Position numbers and translations under genes: made by a program. This document shows positions 1 to 12,350 of a stretch of DNA of 64,000 bases, in pieces; within the stretch, counting starts at the first letter, position 1, and each line of letters starts with the position of its first letter. Source of the DNA: Dendrobates tinctorius (lineage: Eukaryota); the NCBI RefSeq assembly GCF_039654945.1, contig NW_027361696.1:89652001-89716000 (forward strand). Direction: 5' to 3'. The notes below the pieces were generated by a model. The model was given only the letters and a program-made list of their open reading frames with translations, did not search any database and was not told the origin of the DNA.

Positions 1-31
1 GCGAGCCGTCAAGCAGATTGACCCAGACAGT

Positions 32-592
32 GTGAAAGATGGAGACGGACTGCTAAAGGAGCAATTTATTGAAGGACTCCTATCCAGTACCCACAGAGCA
101 CAGCTGCGCATCATAGTCCTACAGAACCCTGATCTAGACTTTGCTGATTTCAAAGACAGGGCTATCCGGGTGCTGCATGAACCGAATGTAAGCCATCCAG
201 CGCCCCCTAGGCACCCAGCTTTTACATACCACCAGGAAGCTACATCTTTCCCTTCCATCCCTGTGGAGGCTGATGCACAGACTCTGAACAAAGATCCATC
301 TGCAGAGCTGCGTCTTCAGGTCCAGGAGTTGACCAAGGGTATGGCTGCACTTGCTAAAACCGTGCAGTCCCTGCAGGTATCCTCCAATGAGAAGATCCAG
401 CTCACCTCCAGTCCAGAGGATGTCCCGTGGCTAAAGAAGAAAAGGATCCCGCCACTCCGAGGATGGAACAATGATCGCTATGACAAGGACGGACGTCCCA
501 TCTGTCGTCACTGCCACAAGGCAGGCCACCTTGCAAGATTCTGTTATTTAAACAAGCAACCCCTGGGGCAGAGGGCCAACCCCCAGGAGTAG
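32..592 (+). CDS. gag: Gag C-terminal part with CCHC zinc knuckle (5' incomplete)
   Basis: CRHCHKAGHLARFC is a CX2CX4HX4C knuckle and lies just upstream of pol. Confidence 0.85.
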   Translation: MKDGDGLLKEQFIEGLLSSTHRAQLRIIVLQNPDLDFADFKDRAIRVLHEPNVSHPAPPRHPAFTYHQEATSFPSIPVEADAQTLNKDPSAELRLQVQELTKGMAALAKTVQSLQVSSNEKIQLTSSPEDVPWLKKKRIPPLRGWNNDRYDKDGRPICRHCHKAGHLARFCYLNKQPLGQRANPQE

Positions 593-605
593 GACCACAA
601 GGCCC
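547..605 (+). other. Putative -1 programmed ribosomal frameshift signal (slippery heptamer plus pseudoknot)
   Basis: T TTA AAC at 547-553 is in gag phase, and the -1 frame is open from there into the protease. Stem CCTGGGG(562-568)/CCCCAGG(581-587); loop GGGCC(573-577) can pair with GGCCC(601-605). Confidence 0.7.
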
Positions 606-651
606 AAAGAACTGGCGAGCCAAGTATGTTGGAGGGAGACCAGTCCTCCCA

Positions 652-3600
652 GTGGTGATTGACGGCATCCCCATGAACGCTTTGCTGGACATTGGCTCCC
701 AGATGACAACTATGCCCTATATCCTTTACAAGCGGTATTGGGCTGATTCTGAACTTACTCGCGACCCAAGTGATGAACTCACAGTAGTTGCCAGTAATGG
801 TCAGTCTTTACCACAAGTGGGATGTAAAGAAATTACTGATAAAGTGGGTCGAGTAGAGTTAAAATCTCAAGGTCTGATAGTTGAGGATACTGATCGACGA
901 GAATGTAACCCAATGATGACTCTTGGTACCAATGTGATTGAAAATTGTCTTTCCGAGGTTATTGTCTTGTTGCAACAAGTGGCTGAGACTGTTGGTTCCA
1001 GTGAACAACGAGTCCTGCAGGAGATCAGGGCCCTGATGCAAAGACAGCAGATAGAACTGTCTGGCGGAGAAATTAGCAGCGTCAGAGTGAGTGATTCTTT
1101 CCCCATTGCGATACCCCCCAGATGTGAAATGTTGATTTGGTGTCGGGCAGCCATAGGCCTCAGAGGAAAAGATTACCAGGCAATGGTAGAACCAGTGTAC
1201 TCTGATAGCAGGCCCACTATCCTGACAGCCAGAGGGGTAGTTGATGTCTGTAAAGGGAGTGTACCTGTACGTCTCTTGAATTGTGGGGAGGAGGAGGCCA
1301 CAATACCTTGGTATGCCACAGTTGCTAAACTGCTTACTGTCAGTAACAATGCAATACGGGCAGCAGAGCCCTTGGTCTCATCCGACCAGGTGGTGGACAA
1401 TGGCTCTGTAAAGCAGCTGGAGGAGTGGTGTCAGCAGCTGCAGGTGGGAACTGACTCCACCCCTTCATACCAAAAGAATGGGGTTTACCGGGTAACCCAG
1501 GAGTATGAGCGGGTATTCAGTAAACACCCTCTAGATTTTGGGAAGGCAAAAGGGGTTCAACATCGTATCCCCACTGGAGATCATCCACCCATTAAAGAAA
1601 GGTACCGGCCTATATCCCCAACACAATATCAATGTGCCAAAAGTATGTTGCGGGAAATGAAGGAAGCTGGGGTGATCAGAGACAGTTGTAGCCCATGGGC
1701 AGTTCCCATAGTCTTTGTGAAAAAGAAAGATGGTACCATGAGAATGTGTGTTGATTACAGAAAAATTAACAGCATTACACATAAAGATGCCTACTCATTA
1801 CCAAGAATTGAGGAGTCCTTAGCTGAACTTAAAACTGCTAACTACTTTTCCACCTTGGATCTCACTAGTGGGTATTGGCAGGTTCCTGTGGCAGAGGCAG
1901 ACAAGGAGAAAACAGCATTTACCACCCCAATGGGTCTCTGTGAGTTCAACTATATGCCATTCGGGCTCTGCACCACCCCAGGAACATTACAACGGCTGAT
2001 GGAGTGCTGCCTGGGACACAAGAACTTCGAGACGGTCCTATTGTACCTTGCTGATGTCATTGTTTTCTCCAAGACTTACGAAGACCATCTGGAGCACCTG
2101 GCTGAGGTGTTTGAAGCCTTGTCCAACTTTGGCCTGAAGGTGAAGCCTTCCAAATGCCACCTCCTGAAGCCCAAGGTTCAGTACCTCGGTCATGTAGTGA
2201 GTGCAGAAGGTGTGGCACCGGATCCTGATAAAGTCACAGTCATCCAGGACTGGCAGAAGCCCAGCAACCTCCATGAAGTACGTCAATTACTTGGGCTGAT
2301 AGGCTACTACCGAAGGTTCATCAAAGGCTTCACTGAGATAGCCACTCCTATGCAAAATCTTCAGGTGGGACAGCCCAAGAAGGCCAGAAAGCAGAGTCCT
2401 ACATTCGAATGGAATGAGGAGCTGGAGAGGTCCTTCACTCGACTGAAGATGGCTCTCACAGGAGATGAAGTTCTGGCCTACCCAGATTATGACCAACCAT
2501 TTGTGTTGTATACTGATGCCAGCAACGTGGGACTGAGTACACAATGGCAAAGAAAGAGTGATCTCCTACGCCAGCAGGAAGCTTCGTCCCACTGAAAGGA
2601 ACCCTGACGACTACAGTTCCTTCAAGCTGGAGTTCCTTGCCATAGTCTGGGCTGTGACTGAACGATTCAAGCATTATCTAGCTTCAGCCAAGTTTACCAT
2701 CTTCACGGACAACAACCCGTTGACTCACTTGGAAACTGCAAAACTGGGTGCACTGGAGCAGCGATGGATGGCCCAGTTGTCTAACTATGACTTCACCATC
2801 AAGTACCAAGCGGGACACAAGAATGCTAATGCTGATGCGCTGTCCAGAATGCCCAATCTGCCAGATGCAGGAGAAGACCCTGAGGCACTCGAAGAAATAG
2901 AGTTACCTGCCTTCCACCGGCCAATTGCGGCCCAACATGCCCAAGGAGTGAGAAACAGACTGTCTATCATGAAGCAGGCCACCCTAAATCCATTGTCTCA
3001 TCATGACTGGGCAGAAACCCAAGATAGCGACCCCGCAGTCCGCCTGGTGAAAGAGCTACTGTCACAAGCTGACTCACTCCCAGAGTCGGATGCTCCTGAA
3101 GAAACCCAGCAGTTGTGGAAGGAAAGAGGCAGGCTGTTCATTTATGAAGGAAAGCTGTGTCAGAGCTGTGTCAGAGGAGTATCAATGCCCGCACTCACGA
3201 GTTGGTCTGGCAGGTAGTAGTCCCGAAGAAAGAGGCATCAATGGTCTTGGAAGCATATCACAATGGAGCTGGACACTTTGGATGGAAGAAGTTGGAAGCC
3301 TTGCTCCGGGAGAGATTTTACTGGGCTGGTATGAGGAAAGCCATTGAAAATTGGTGCCGGGAGTGTGGACAATGCAACCTGCGCAGAAAGGACCGAAACA
3401 GCCAGCGAGCTCCTTTGCAGCCAATAATAACCAAACAGTCACTTGAGTTGGTTGCCCTGGACCATGTGAAGCTGGTCCCAAGCCATTCGGCTACATTTAT
3501 GCTCTTACCATTGTTGACCACTACTCAAGATTCTTGGTAGCTATGCCTGTCAAGGATCAAACAGCCAGGACAGCAGCCAGAGCCTTCCAACAGCACTTTT

Positions 3601-4646
3601 GTCGACCACACGGATACCCCGAGCGAGTGCTTACAGATCAAAGTCCAGCCTTTGAGGCGGAAGTGTTCCAGGAATTCTTTAACTTGTACGGTTGCAAGAA
3701 GATCAGGACAACACCGTACCATCCACAGACCAATGGCATGTGTGAAAAGATGAACCAGGTGGTGATCGACCTACTGAAGACCTTGCCTTTGGAAGAGAGG
3801 AATCTGTGGCCAGAAAAGTTGCCAGATCTGGTAGACCTCTACAACCACATTCCTGTGAATTCCACCAACTGCACTCCAGCCTACCTAATGAGAGCGAGGC
3901 CTGGCAAGTTACCTATTGATTTGGATATGGGAGTCCTTACACCTGAGGTGACATCCCCAGATGCTGACTGGGATACAGACCGGCAGCAGCAGTACCGTAG
4001 AGTACAAGAGTGTGTAGAAAAGAGTCTAGCTCAAGCAAGACAAAAACAAGAAAAGCACTACAATCAGCATGCACCTGCAGTTCCCTTGTCACCAGGAGAA
4101 CAAGTCCTAAAAAGGAAGAGGAGGATGCATGAATTGGATGACCAATGGGAAGCTGAACCCTACACCATCTTACCATCAAACTTCGATAACACCAAGGTGT
4201 GCCTTATCAGTAAGGATGGGGGAGAAACCTCAGCAGCACTATCAAGGGATCATTTGAAATTGTGCCCTGACCAGTTAAAAGAAAGAATGGAAGAGCAAAA
4301 CAACATCCAACCCATAGACAAAGAAGAAAAGGTCAGCACTGTACTTGGAGAATTCCCTGTAAATTGGACTAGAGCAAATAATGCCATAGTGGTGCCGGTT
4401 TTGACCTTTCCCCAACTGGTAGTACAAGAAGTGACTCAAGAGAACTCTGAAAATCAGGAAGTTCAGGTAGCAGATGCCACACCAGCAGTGGAGCCAGAGA
4501 ATCCTCACCCTGCCAGTGGTGAATCTGTCATGCCCATGGTGAGCCTAAGAGTTTGCAGACGGCTACTACCCAGTTTACCCACACCAGAGCTAAGTAGGTC
4601 TGTCCGTAGTACCCAAGGTATTCCACCCCTCACATATCATGTATAA
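652..4646 (+). pseudogene. pol: Gypsy pol (protease, RT, RNase H, integrase), broken into four frames
   Basis: Protease ALLDIGSQ. RT motifs CVDYRKIN, LDLTSGYWQ, MPFGL and YLADV (catalytic YLDD mutated). RNase H YTDAS and TDNNPL. Integrase HHCC (HNGAGH...CRECGQC) and DDE core (LDH, LTDQ, TNGMCE). Frameshifts near 2550, 3170 and 3500. Confidence 0.92.
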
Positions 4647-5005
4647 GTCAGTTAATGTAAATGTTAAATTGTATGTATATATGTAATGTTTACGTTTTGT
4701 GCCTACAGAGACTCTGTAAGAAATCCCCTTTTTGAATTTTCCAGTTTGTTTTGATGAACAATTGGGCCACAGGACTAGGTGTGGTCAAAAACTTCTTTTG
4801 TACATAGTTCACCATTTGCCCAGGAATGGACCATGGACATGGACGCATGGACTAATCGTCACAAGGACTATTTTTTGGAGCCTTTGGTTTTTTGTATTTT
4901 TCATTTGTTTTTCTAAATCTTGTACATTTATAATTGTTTATTTGTTTAGATTTTCATATGTTGTTTTTCCTCAGTCCAGGAGTACTGAATTGCACTAGGG
5001 GGGAA

Positions 5006-6923
5006 TGTGGTGCCCCCAGGAGTATGGTCGCCACACTGGCATTGCCTTCCTCCAGGGAGGGTGATGTCAGGCTTGGAAGCAATGAAGGGTCTCTCTGGCA
5101 GTTAACCATAACATGCAACACAGTTCCCACTCCGGGCCAGCAGATGGAGCTCTGAACCAGAATTGGGGGAGGAGTGCGCTCTGAGGGCCAGGAGGGGAAA
5201 TTAGGAGTTAGTGTGAGGAGGCTGAAGTGTGTAGACGTGGAGAGAGAAGCTTGGAGACTGAGCGGAGTTGAGAGCTCGTTCCCAGCTGGAGCGCATGATC
5301 TGGAGTCTGGTCTGTTATGAATGGTTCGCCAAGGAGGAAATAAAAAACAACACAAGCTAAGTCTCAGAAAACCAAGGAGGTTGGTAACTATGCAGACTGC
5401 AGACCCCTGATCCTAACACGCAACTAGCAGCAGTCGTGGAGCGTTCCTACGGTGGTCCTAGATGCCTCATCACAACCGGAGAGCTAAATAAGCCTAAAGC
5501 AGGAAAAGAGGAAAGCTAACTGCCCCAGAGCAGACCCCAAAGGAAAGACAGCCCCCCACATGTATTGGCGGTGAAACAAGATGAAAACACAAACAAAGGC
5601 AGGAAAATAGGCTGAGCAAATGATGGGGCCAAACTAACTAGAAAGGACAGGAAAGGAAAGCCACTGTCTGCAATCTGCCAAAAACCCTACCAAAAATAAT
5701 GTCCAACACAACTGATAGCAAAATTAACCCTGAAGTCACTAGACCTCTCCCACTATATCAGCACTCTTAAATATTCTGAGACAGAGCAAAAAGAGGCCAA
5801 TCTAATAAGGGACAAAAAAAAGGCAAATTGGCAAATACAGATAAATAAGAGTGGAAATTCAGCACAGCCCAGCCGGGCTGGCTGACCACACAAAAAACTG
5901 AATTGACCAACAAGAGCAAGTGTGAACATTAGCAAAAACAAACTTAACTTGAGAAGACTGGAACAGAGCTGAGTCCAAGACCTGAGAAGCAGACTGAATC
6001 ACCAGCACCAGGATAGGGCGTCGGCTGTCTTATATCCTGTCTGATACTCCAGAGATCCAATTGTTATCTTCCTCACCAGGTGGCAGATCACTACCAATTA
6101 AACCAACCTCACTACCTCCTGTCACCACCAGAGGGAGAACGGAAGGAGAACTCTCAACTGGTGGAGCAGAAAATGAGCTGATAACACTGGTCTCCACGGT
6201 TGTAGGGATACTGAAGGTCCTGCAACAGAAACCAGAAGAACAGGAAGCTGTAAATGCTCTATTCCCACCTAAGACTCGGAGGCACAACAGCAACGGGTGA
6301 GCCGAGAGAAGAGATAGAAGGCTACAGCTGTCTGCCATACGAGGTAGATCTGAGAGGGAACAAGATGGAGGAACTTCAGTGTAAGACAGTACTGCATGTA
6401 CCTCAAGTGAGCACTAGGAAGGAGACTACACAACCTATCTGCATAGAGAGATTCCTGAGTTGCTTCCAGGCTAATTAGCTCCTGTGCCATCTGTAATCGG
6501 GACCCTGGACTGCATTTGCCAAGCCAAAGTAAAGGTAAAGAAACTTCACCCTGTTGTGTCCTTGCCTTCTTCCTACAAACTCTCCGGCACTGCTACATCC
6601 CGGCGCCTAACCCTGCACCCTCTTCCCCAACACCTATCTACACTGCCCTGGGACCAACAGCCCTACCTGTGGAGGGCTATAACATCTTTACTGCACCACA
6701 CCATCTGTCCCAGAGGATCTGTCTACAGCGTCGGCTTAACACCTTCATTGCCGAACACCACAGGTGGTGTCACGAATCTTCCACTCAAAAACTTTATTCC
6801 ATCACTTTAACCCTTTGACATGGGTGCCCAGGGCCATGGACTGGGTTACCGCTGCTGTGACACCTGCCTCTGAGAGAGACCGTCCCAGTACCGAGTACTC
6901 CACAGCCCTGGGAGGGCGACCCA
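5006..6923 (+). repeat. 3' LTR of the Gypsy element (about 1.04 kb once the nested insertion is removed)
   Basis: TG...CA ends with a PPT upstream; collinear with the reverse complement of 11249-12293. Confidence 0.9.
5313..6186. mobile_element. Solo LTR of an unrelated LTR retroelement nested in the Gypsy 3' LTR
   Basis: Ends TGTTAT...ATAACA. Perfect 6-bp TSD CTGGTC at 5307-5312 and 6187-6192. The segment is absent from the sister LTR at 11249-12293. Confidence 0.85.
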
Positions 6924-7133
6924 TTAATCCAAGCACATATGTAGTATTGGACTCTTCTTATCAGAAGTCCATCTAACCACATGACTACACATTTAGCCTT
7001 CGTCTCCTTTTACCAGAAAATATTCAAAATCAAATAATAATATGTAAGCTATACATAAGTAAAAATAAAGTATATATTAAAGACATTCCTGTTTATGTAG
7101 CAATAGTTTCTATGAATCATCTTTAGCAGAGGC

Positions 7134-8234
7134 CAGGGGTGTACCGTACATAGTGATAGACCATACCACCAGTATGGGGTTCATGAGCTTCGGGGGCACA
7201 GTGCCAGTGTCACAGTCCCCCAACTCATCCCTGTCTGTCATCACAATGTCAATGATATCTGCACGATAAGTAGAGCGGTACATCACAGAGCCATCAGCTC
7301 TCTGCCGTACCATTCTGCCAATGCATCTGAGAGAGACTCAGTAAAGCATAGTGTCATCAGATCTCACATCCTGCAGTGCACAGACCAGAGCAAACATCAA
7401 TAGAACAGCAGAAATTGAGTAGTTTGTATTTTTTTTACTATGAGTATTTGTGGGTAGAAATTATGTCTTATGGGGGAGTCATACTGTGTGTGTGGGGGGG
7501 CAAGGACAGCAGGGTAAACAAACTGTGTGGAGATCCTTATATTGTGTTTGGGGCAGCTGGGTCCCCCATACTGAGTGGAATGCTGTGGGGGCCCCTTATA
7601 CTGCCTCGTGGAAAGCATCCTATTGAATGTGAGGGCGCTCATAATGAGTAAGGGCTGTGGGAGCCTTTTTGGAGTCTTTGGTAGATATAATAGTGTGTGG
7701 GGCCCTCATACTATGTATGGGGCTAGGGAACTTCATGCTGCCTGAGACAGCTGAGAGGGACATCATATTGTGTTTAGGGGTTCTCATACTGTGTAACGGA
7801 CTGTGGGAATCCTCATACTGCTGGTATGGGACATTATATTGTGTGTTTTAGGGCCCTCATACTGCCTGTTTGGGCTGTGAAGGGCATCATATTGTGTGGG
7901 GGCCTTCAAGCTGTGTGGGAGCTCTCATGATGTTTGAGGGGCTATGGAGACCATGATATTGTATGTGGAAACTCTTATAATGCCAGTTTGAGAAATCACA
8001 CTGTCTTTGGGGGTTGTTGTGTCATCATGTGCATAAGGGGATGTGAGGCCATAATAAGGTGTATAGTTGGCTTGTGGGGGTCACAATACTGTGTTGTGGA
8101 CACTTTCAAGGCATAATACTATAAGAGGTGCTATACTGTATTGGGGTCACTGTGGCAGTGACATAATGTGAAGGAGGGCTCATTTAGGACTTTTGCTATG
8201 GTGCCCTTTGATTTCTGTATACTGTATTCCACTG
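7134..8234. mobile_element. Old non-autonomous (hAT-like) element with degenerate internal CATACTGTGTGGGG-type tandem repeats
   Basis: Ends CAGGGGTGTA.../...TATTCCACTG; internal decayed minisatellite at 7480-8150. The end motif TTGCTATGGTG-CC-TGATTT is shared with 26100-26135. Confidence 0.35.
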
Positions 8235-8555
8235 GCTGTGACCAACAGGAATAGATGCCAATAGACACAAAATTATTATTTTCCCCCCCCAAAAAAACAA
8301 ATAAAACTGTTTTGCTCCAATAATACAAATCTTGCAAGCAGAAAAAAATATTAAAGTCTTTACTTAAAGGGGTATTCCTTTTTTGACATTTGTGCTAAAT
8401 TCACAGGTTATGTTAAAAATGGCAAATCCAGTTCCAACATCATGGGTGCACAGCTACCTCCTGAAATGTGGTCTTTGGTTTTACCATCGACAGCACCTCA
8501 TAAATCAGCGTCTGCCTGCCGCACCTAGGTAGAGACTGAATGGAGAATTGCCTGC

Positions 8556-8728
8556 ATATGTATGCACACTCTGGGCTCTGAAAATATACCCCGGCAGAAT
8601 TTTTGCTTTCTTGGCCTTTTTTCAGAGAATATGAATGATGACACCAAAACTTTTTCTTCACTCATGGTTAGTGGTTGGGTGAAACCATTTATTGTCAAAC
8701 TACTGTGTTTTCTCTTTTTAAATCATGA
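8556..8728. mobile_element. Tc1-like terminal fragment
   Basis: Near-identical to 15416-15575 (GGCAGAATTTTTGCTTTCTTGGCCTTTTTTCAGAGAATATGAATGA...). Confidence 0.6.
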
Positions 8729-9305
8729 TACAGGGAGGATTTTACTCCTTTTCTCCCAGACTGTGGGTACAAACAAAATACAAAGGGATTTTTATTTTAA
8801 TTTTTGCAAGCAGAAAAAAAGATTCAAAATTCCATTCTTCACATGATATTGTGAAACCACAGCAAAGAATGAAGTTTACTCATCTCACTCATTTTAGATT
8901 TATGTCCTGATAGTACCTCTGAACTTAAAGCTCAGAGAGGCATCAGTGCTGACAGTTGTCTATCTAAAGTTATCTCAGAATACATCTAAATATTCTTGCC
9001 TAGACTGTATGATTGTAGATACAGTTGACACTATGCATTTACTTTACAACAAAAGACATGAATTGTCAAGTTCTATATGTCTGTCATTCAAAGATAAACA
9101 CTATAAAAGATTGGGGTGTGGGATTCTGTGCTGTCCTAAAAAGTGTGATAGTCTAAGCTTTTTATGGATCTGGATATTTTTTTCTAACCATATACTGCGA
9201 ACTCAATGACGAAATTATAGTATGAAGAAAGTCTACTGATTAATTCACAATGAATTATGTCTCTCCAGTGAAGTGTTGAGAGACCCTAAAGTCATAGTCA
9301 GCAAG

Positions 9306-9402
9306 TTGGCTCTGTGGTTAGCACTGTTTCTTTACAGCACTAGGGTCCAGGGTTCAAATCCCAATAAAGACAACAACTACAAGGAGTTTGTATGTTCTCC
9401 CT
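9306..9402 (+). mobile_element. tRNA-derived SINE 5' fragment
   Basis: A-box-like GGCTCTGTGGTTAGCA, B-box GGTTCAAATCC, and core AAGGAGTTTGTATGTTCTCCC shared with 16038-16270. Confidence 0.6.
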
Positions 9403-9499
9403 GATGTTGATTTGGAGGACAACAGTTGAGATTTTCTAAACCATCCAGTGGTTGTCCAAACCCTTTAAAAGTAGGAAAATGAAATGTTGGATTTAATGG

Positions 9500-9756
9500 T
9501 AGAGTTGCTGAGAATCGATTTGCAAGGACCTGTTCCATAGGCCATGTCAGTAATCTGTGTCCTTATGGGCAAAAGCCTTTTTTGCCTAGTGGCCTTCATG
9601 GCTGTGCTTTGATTAGCCAATCTGGAGCACCAATTTGGTTATCCAAGAGGAGCTGCGATAGCGTCAGATAGGTGGTTCTCAAATGACCCACCAGCAACCA
9701 CAAATTATTAATGTGGCTGATGGACCGCGTTCTGCAAATCGATTTACAAAAACTCT
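9500..9756. mobile_element. MITE with TAGAG-type termini
   Basis: Imperfect TIRs TAGAGTTG...AATCGATTTGCA and TGCAAATCGATT...AACTCTA. Confidence 0.45.
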
Positions 9757-10879
9757 ACTTAATAATTTTATAAAGTAATAAATAATAACCTATGTAAACT
9801 GAACATAACATTCCAATAATAGTCAGATTTTTCTCTTAGTATAAGTCTGCAGGAAAATTAAGTTAAGAAGATAGAATATTTAAGAATCCCTTCAAAATGA
9901 ATATATAACTTAATTAAGCGTTTTAGTCTCATAAAAATGAAATATGACCTCTTGTAAACAGCTATAAATAATAAATGCGTGACGGATGCTTGGGAGGAAG
10001 GAAGCATGTGGCAGGCATTTTACCTTCCCTAGAGTAATGCTGCTCTTTAACCCAACACTCACTCAATATTCAAGTATATATGTCACATTTACTAAACGTG
10101 TGATGTGTGATGTTTGGGGGAAAACATAGTCATGCAAGATTAATGCTGACACAGATCCTTGATTTTAATGTGTAATCATCCTTCATGGCAGCAGGAATGC
10201 ACAGAACATCACCGAGCTAAACACGCAGGACCGCTTAATAAGAAGCGCCCAGCAGCCGCCTGTCAATAGACAAGCTTAAATGCTTCTCAGCACAGCAGAC
10301 AAGAAATACCTCATGTAATGCAACAGGATACACACTTCTTATACAAAACTGTGGAAATAAGAAGGTTATGTTGGATTAAGGGTATGCTTAGGGAGGTTTA
10401 AAGAAAGCTTAATCTACAGGGAAATTCACTAGCGTTGCACATATATGTTGAATCCGTTCTTTTCACGCATACAACACGTACCCATTAGAATCTATGGTGC
10501 TACTCACATGTCTGTGATTTTCATAGACTGTGTGTCCGTCCAAAATACATGGAGACGTGTCTAATTTTTTTATGGCAACATGGGTGTCAAGGGCCAATAT
10601 ATGTCTATGGGTCCATAAAAAAAACTTACTGCACATGGATGACATCAGTGTACCATCTGTGTGCTGTCCGTGCTTAACATTGCACAGCAGATGAGAAGCT
10701 CTGTAATTTATTTATTTTTCCATCCCTGAAAAATGCTGATGACACATTTGTGTTAAAACCGGACACACTGATGTCAAAAAAGGACACTCTGATGGTAAAA
10801 ACGGACACACATAGCCATTCACCCATTCACTCAACTACTAATCAGGATGGTAGCGTACAGTTTTAACAGCGTATCTTCA

Positions 10880-12350
10880 TGGTGTGAAATGATTCTTTGA
10901 CCCCACTATGAACACCAATATTTGCTTTGACATTTTGGAACAATTCCTGAATCAACTGGATGACCATGAGCTAATGGAAGGTTACTTCCAGCAATATGGA
11001 GAAAAGTGTCACGCATCATCAAGGAGCATAGTGGAAATGGAGTTCTTTTTTGGCAACAGAGTAATTTCAAAGCAGCTTTTGCCTTCAAGGTCGCCATATT
11101 TGACACTACCAGACTTCTTTTTGGATATGCTGAAAGGAAAAGTCTATTAGAATGAGCGTCTAGTTGTGGAAGAGTTTAAGGAAAACATCCAATGTGAAGT
11201 TGCTGCTATTCCCCCCCCCAGATGTTTGCCGATACGTTCAGGAACATGTGGGTCGCCCGCCAGGGCAGTGGGGTACTCGATACCGGGCCGGTATCTCAGA
11301 GGGAAGTGTCACAGTAGCGGTGACCCGGTCCGTGGCCCTGGGCGTCCATGTAAAAGGGGTTAAGAGTGGCTGGTTAAAGTTTATAAGTGGATGATACATG
11401 ACGCCACCTGTGGTGCTCGGCAATAAAGGGGTTAAGCCGACGCTGCAAACAGATCCACTGGGACAGATGGTGTGGTGCAGCAATGATGTTGTAGCCCTCC
11501 ACAGGTAGGGCTGCAGTCCCAGGGCAGAGTAGATGAAGAGGATAGATGTTGAGGAAGAGGTAGTAGTGTCTGGCACAGAGGTGTAGCAGTGCTGGAGAGT
11601 TTGCAGGAAGGAGGCAAGGACACAATAGGGTGTAGTTTCTTTTACCTTTACTTTTCTTGGTAAATGCAGTCCAGGGTCCAGATTACAGATGGAACAGAGG
11701 CTGGCCGGCCTGGAAGCAACTTAGGAATCTCTCTATCAGATGGGTTGTGTAGTCTCCTTTCTAGCGCTTATTTGAGGTACATGCAGTACTGTGTTACACT
11801 GAAGTTCCTCCTTCTTGTTCTCATTTAGAACTCCCTCATATGGCAGACAGCTGTAGCCTTCTTCTTCTTCTGGCTCACCCGTTGCTGTTGTGCCTCCGAG
11901 TCTTATATGGGAACAGAGCATTTACAGCTTCCTATTCCTCCGATTTCTGCTGCAGGAACATCAGTATCCATACAACCTTGGAGACCGGGCTCCAGATCAT
12001 GCGCTATAGCTAGAAGTGAGCACTCAACTCTGCTCAATCTTCAAGCTCCTCTCCTCCATGTCCACACACGTTGCCCTCCTCACACGAACTCCTAATTTTC
12101 CCTTCCTGGCCCCCAGAGAGTAGCTCTTCCTCTAATTTTGATTCAGAGTTCCCTCTGCTGGCCTGGAATGAGAACTGTGTTGTGTGTCATGATTAACTGA
12201 CAGAGAGACCCTTCATTGCTTCCAAGCATGACATCACACTCCCAAGGAGGAAGGTAATGCCACCATGGCGACCATACTCCTGGGGGCGCCACAAATGGAG
12301 AGCTACATCTAGCAGAAAATGGAGATCCCTTCCAGCATCGCATGTACTGC
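10880..12350 (+). pseudogene. Tc1/mariner (DDxD, rosa/maT-like) transposase relic split by a solo LTR
   Basis: YFQQYGEKCH and LLPSRSPYLTLPDFFLDMLKGKVY resemble the FQQDGAxxH and WPPRSPDLTPLDFFLWGYLK motifs. The reading resumes after the LTR as ELHLAENGDPFQH, the typical C-terminus. Confidence 0.7.
11249..12293 (-). mobile_element. Solo LTR of the same Gypsy family as 1-6923
   Basis: Reverse complement starts TGTGGCGCCCCCAGGAGTATGGTCGCCA and ends GGCGACCCA. Flanks CATG/AATG form an imperfect 4-bp TSD. Confidence 0.88.

Larger units (their letters stand above)
1..6923 (+). mobile_element. Ty3/Gypsy LTR retrotransposon (5' part outside window), decayed, ending in its 3' LTR
   Basis: Domain order gag-PR-RT-RH-IN. 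Polypurine tract AGGGGGGAA at 4997-5005 directly precedes LTR start TGTGG at 5006. LTR ends ...GGCGACCCA at 6923, matching the solo LTR at 11249-12293. Confidence 0.93.

Noticed and set aside
9306-9365. tRNA gene
   Set aside because: A and B boxes are present but there is no cloverleaf, and it continues into a SINE core.
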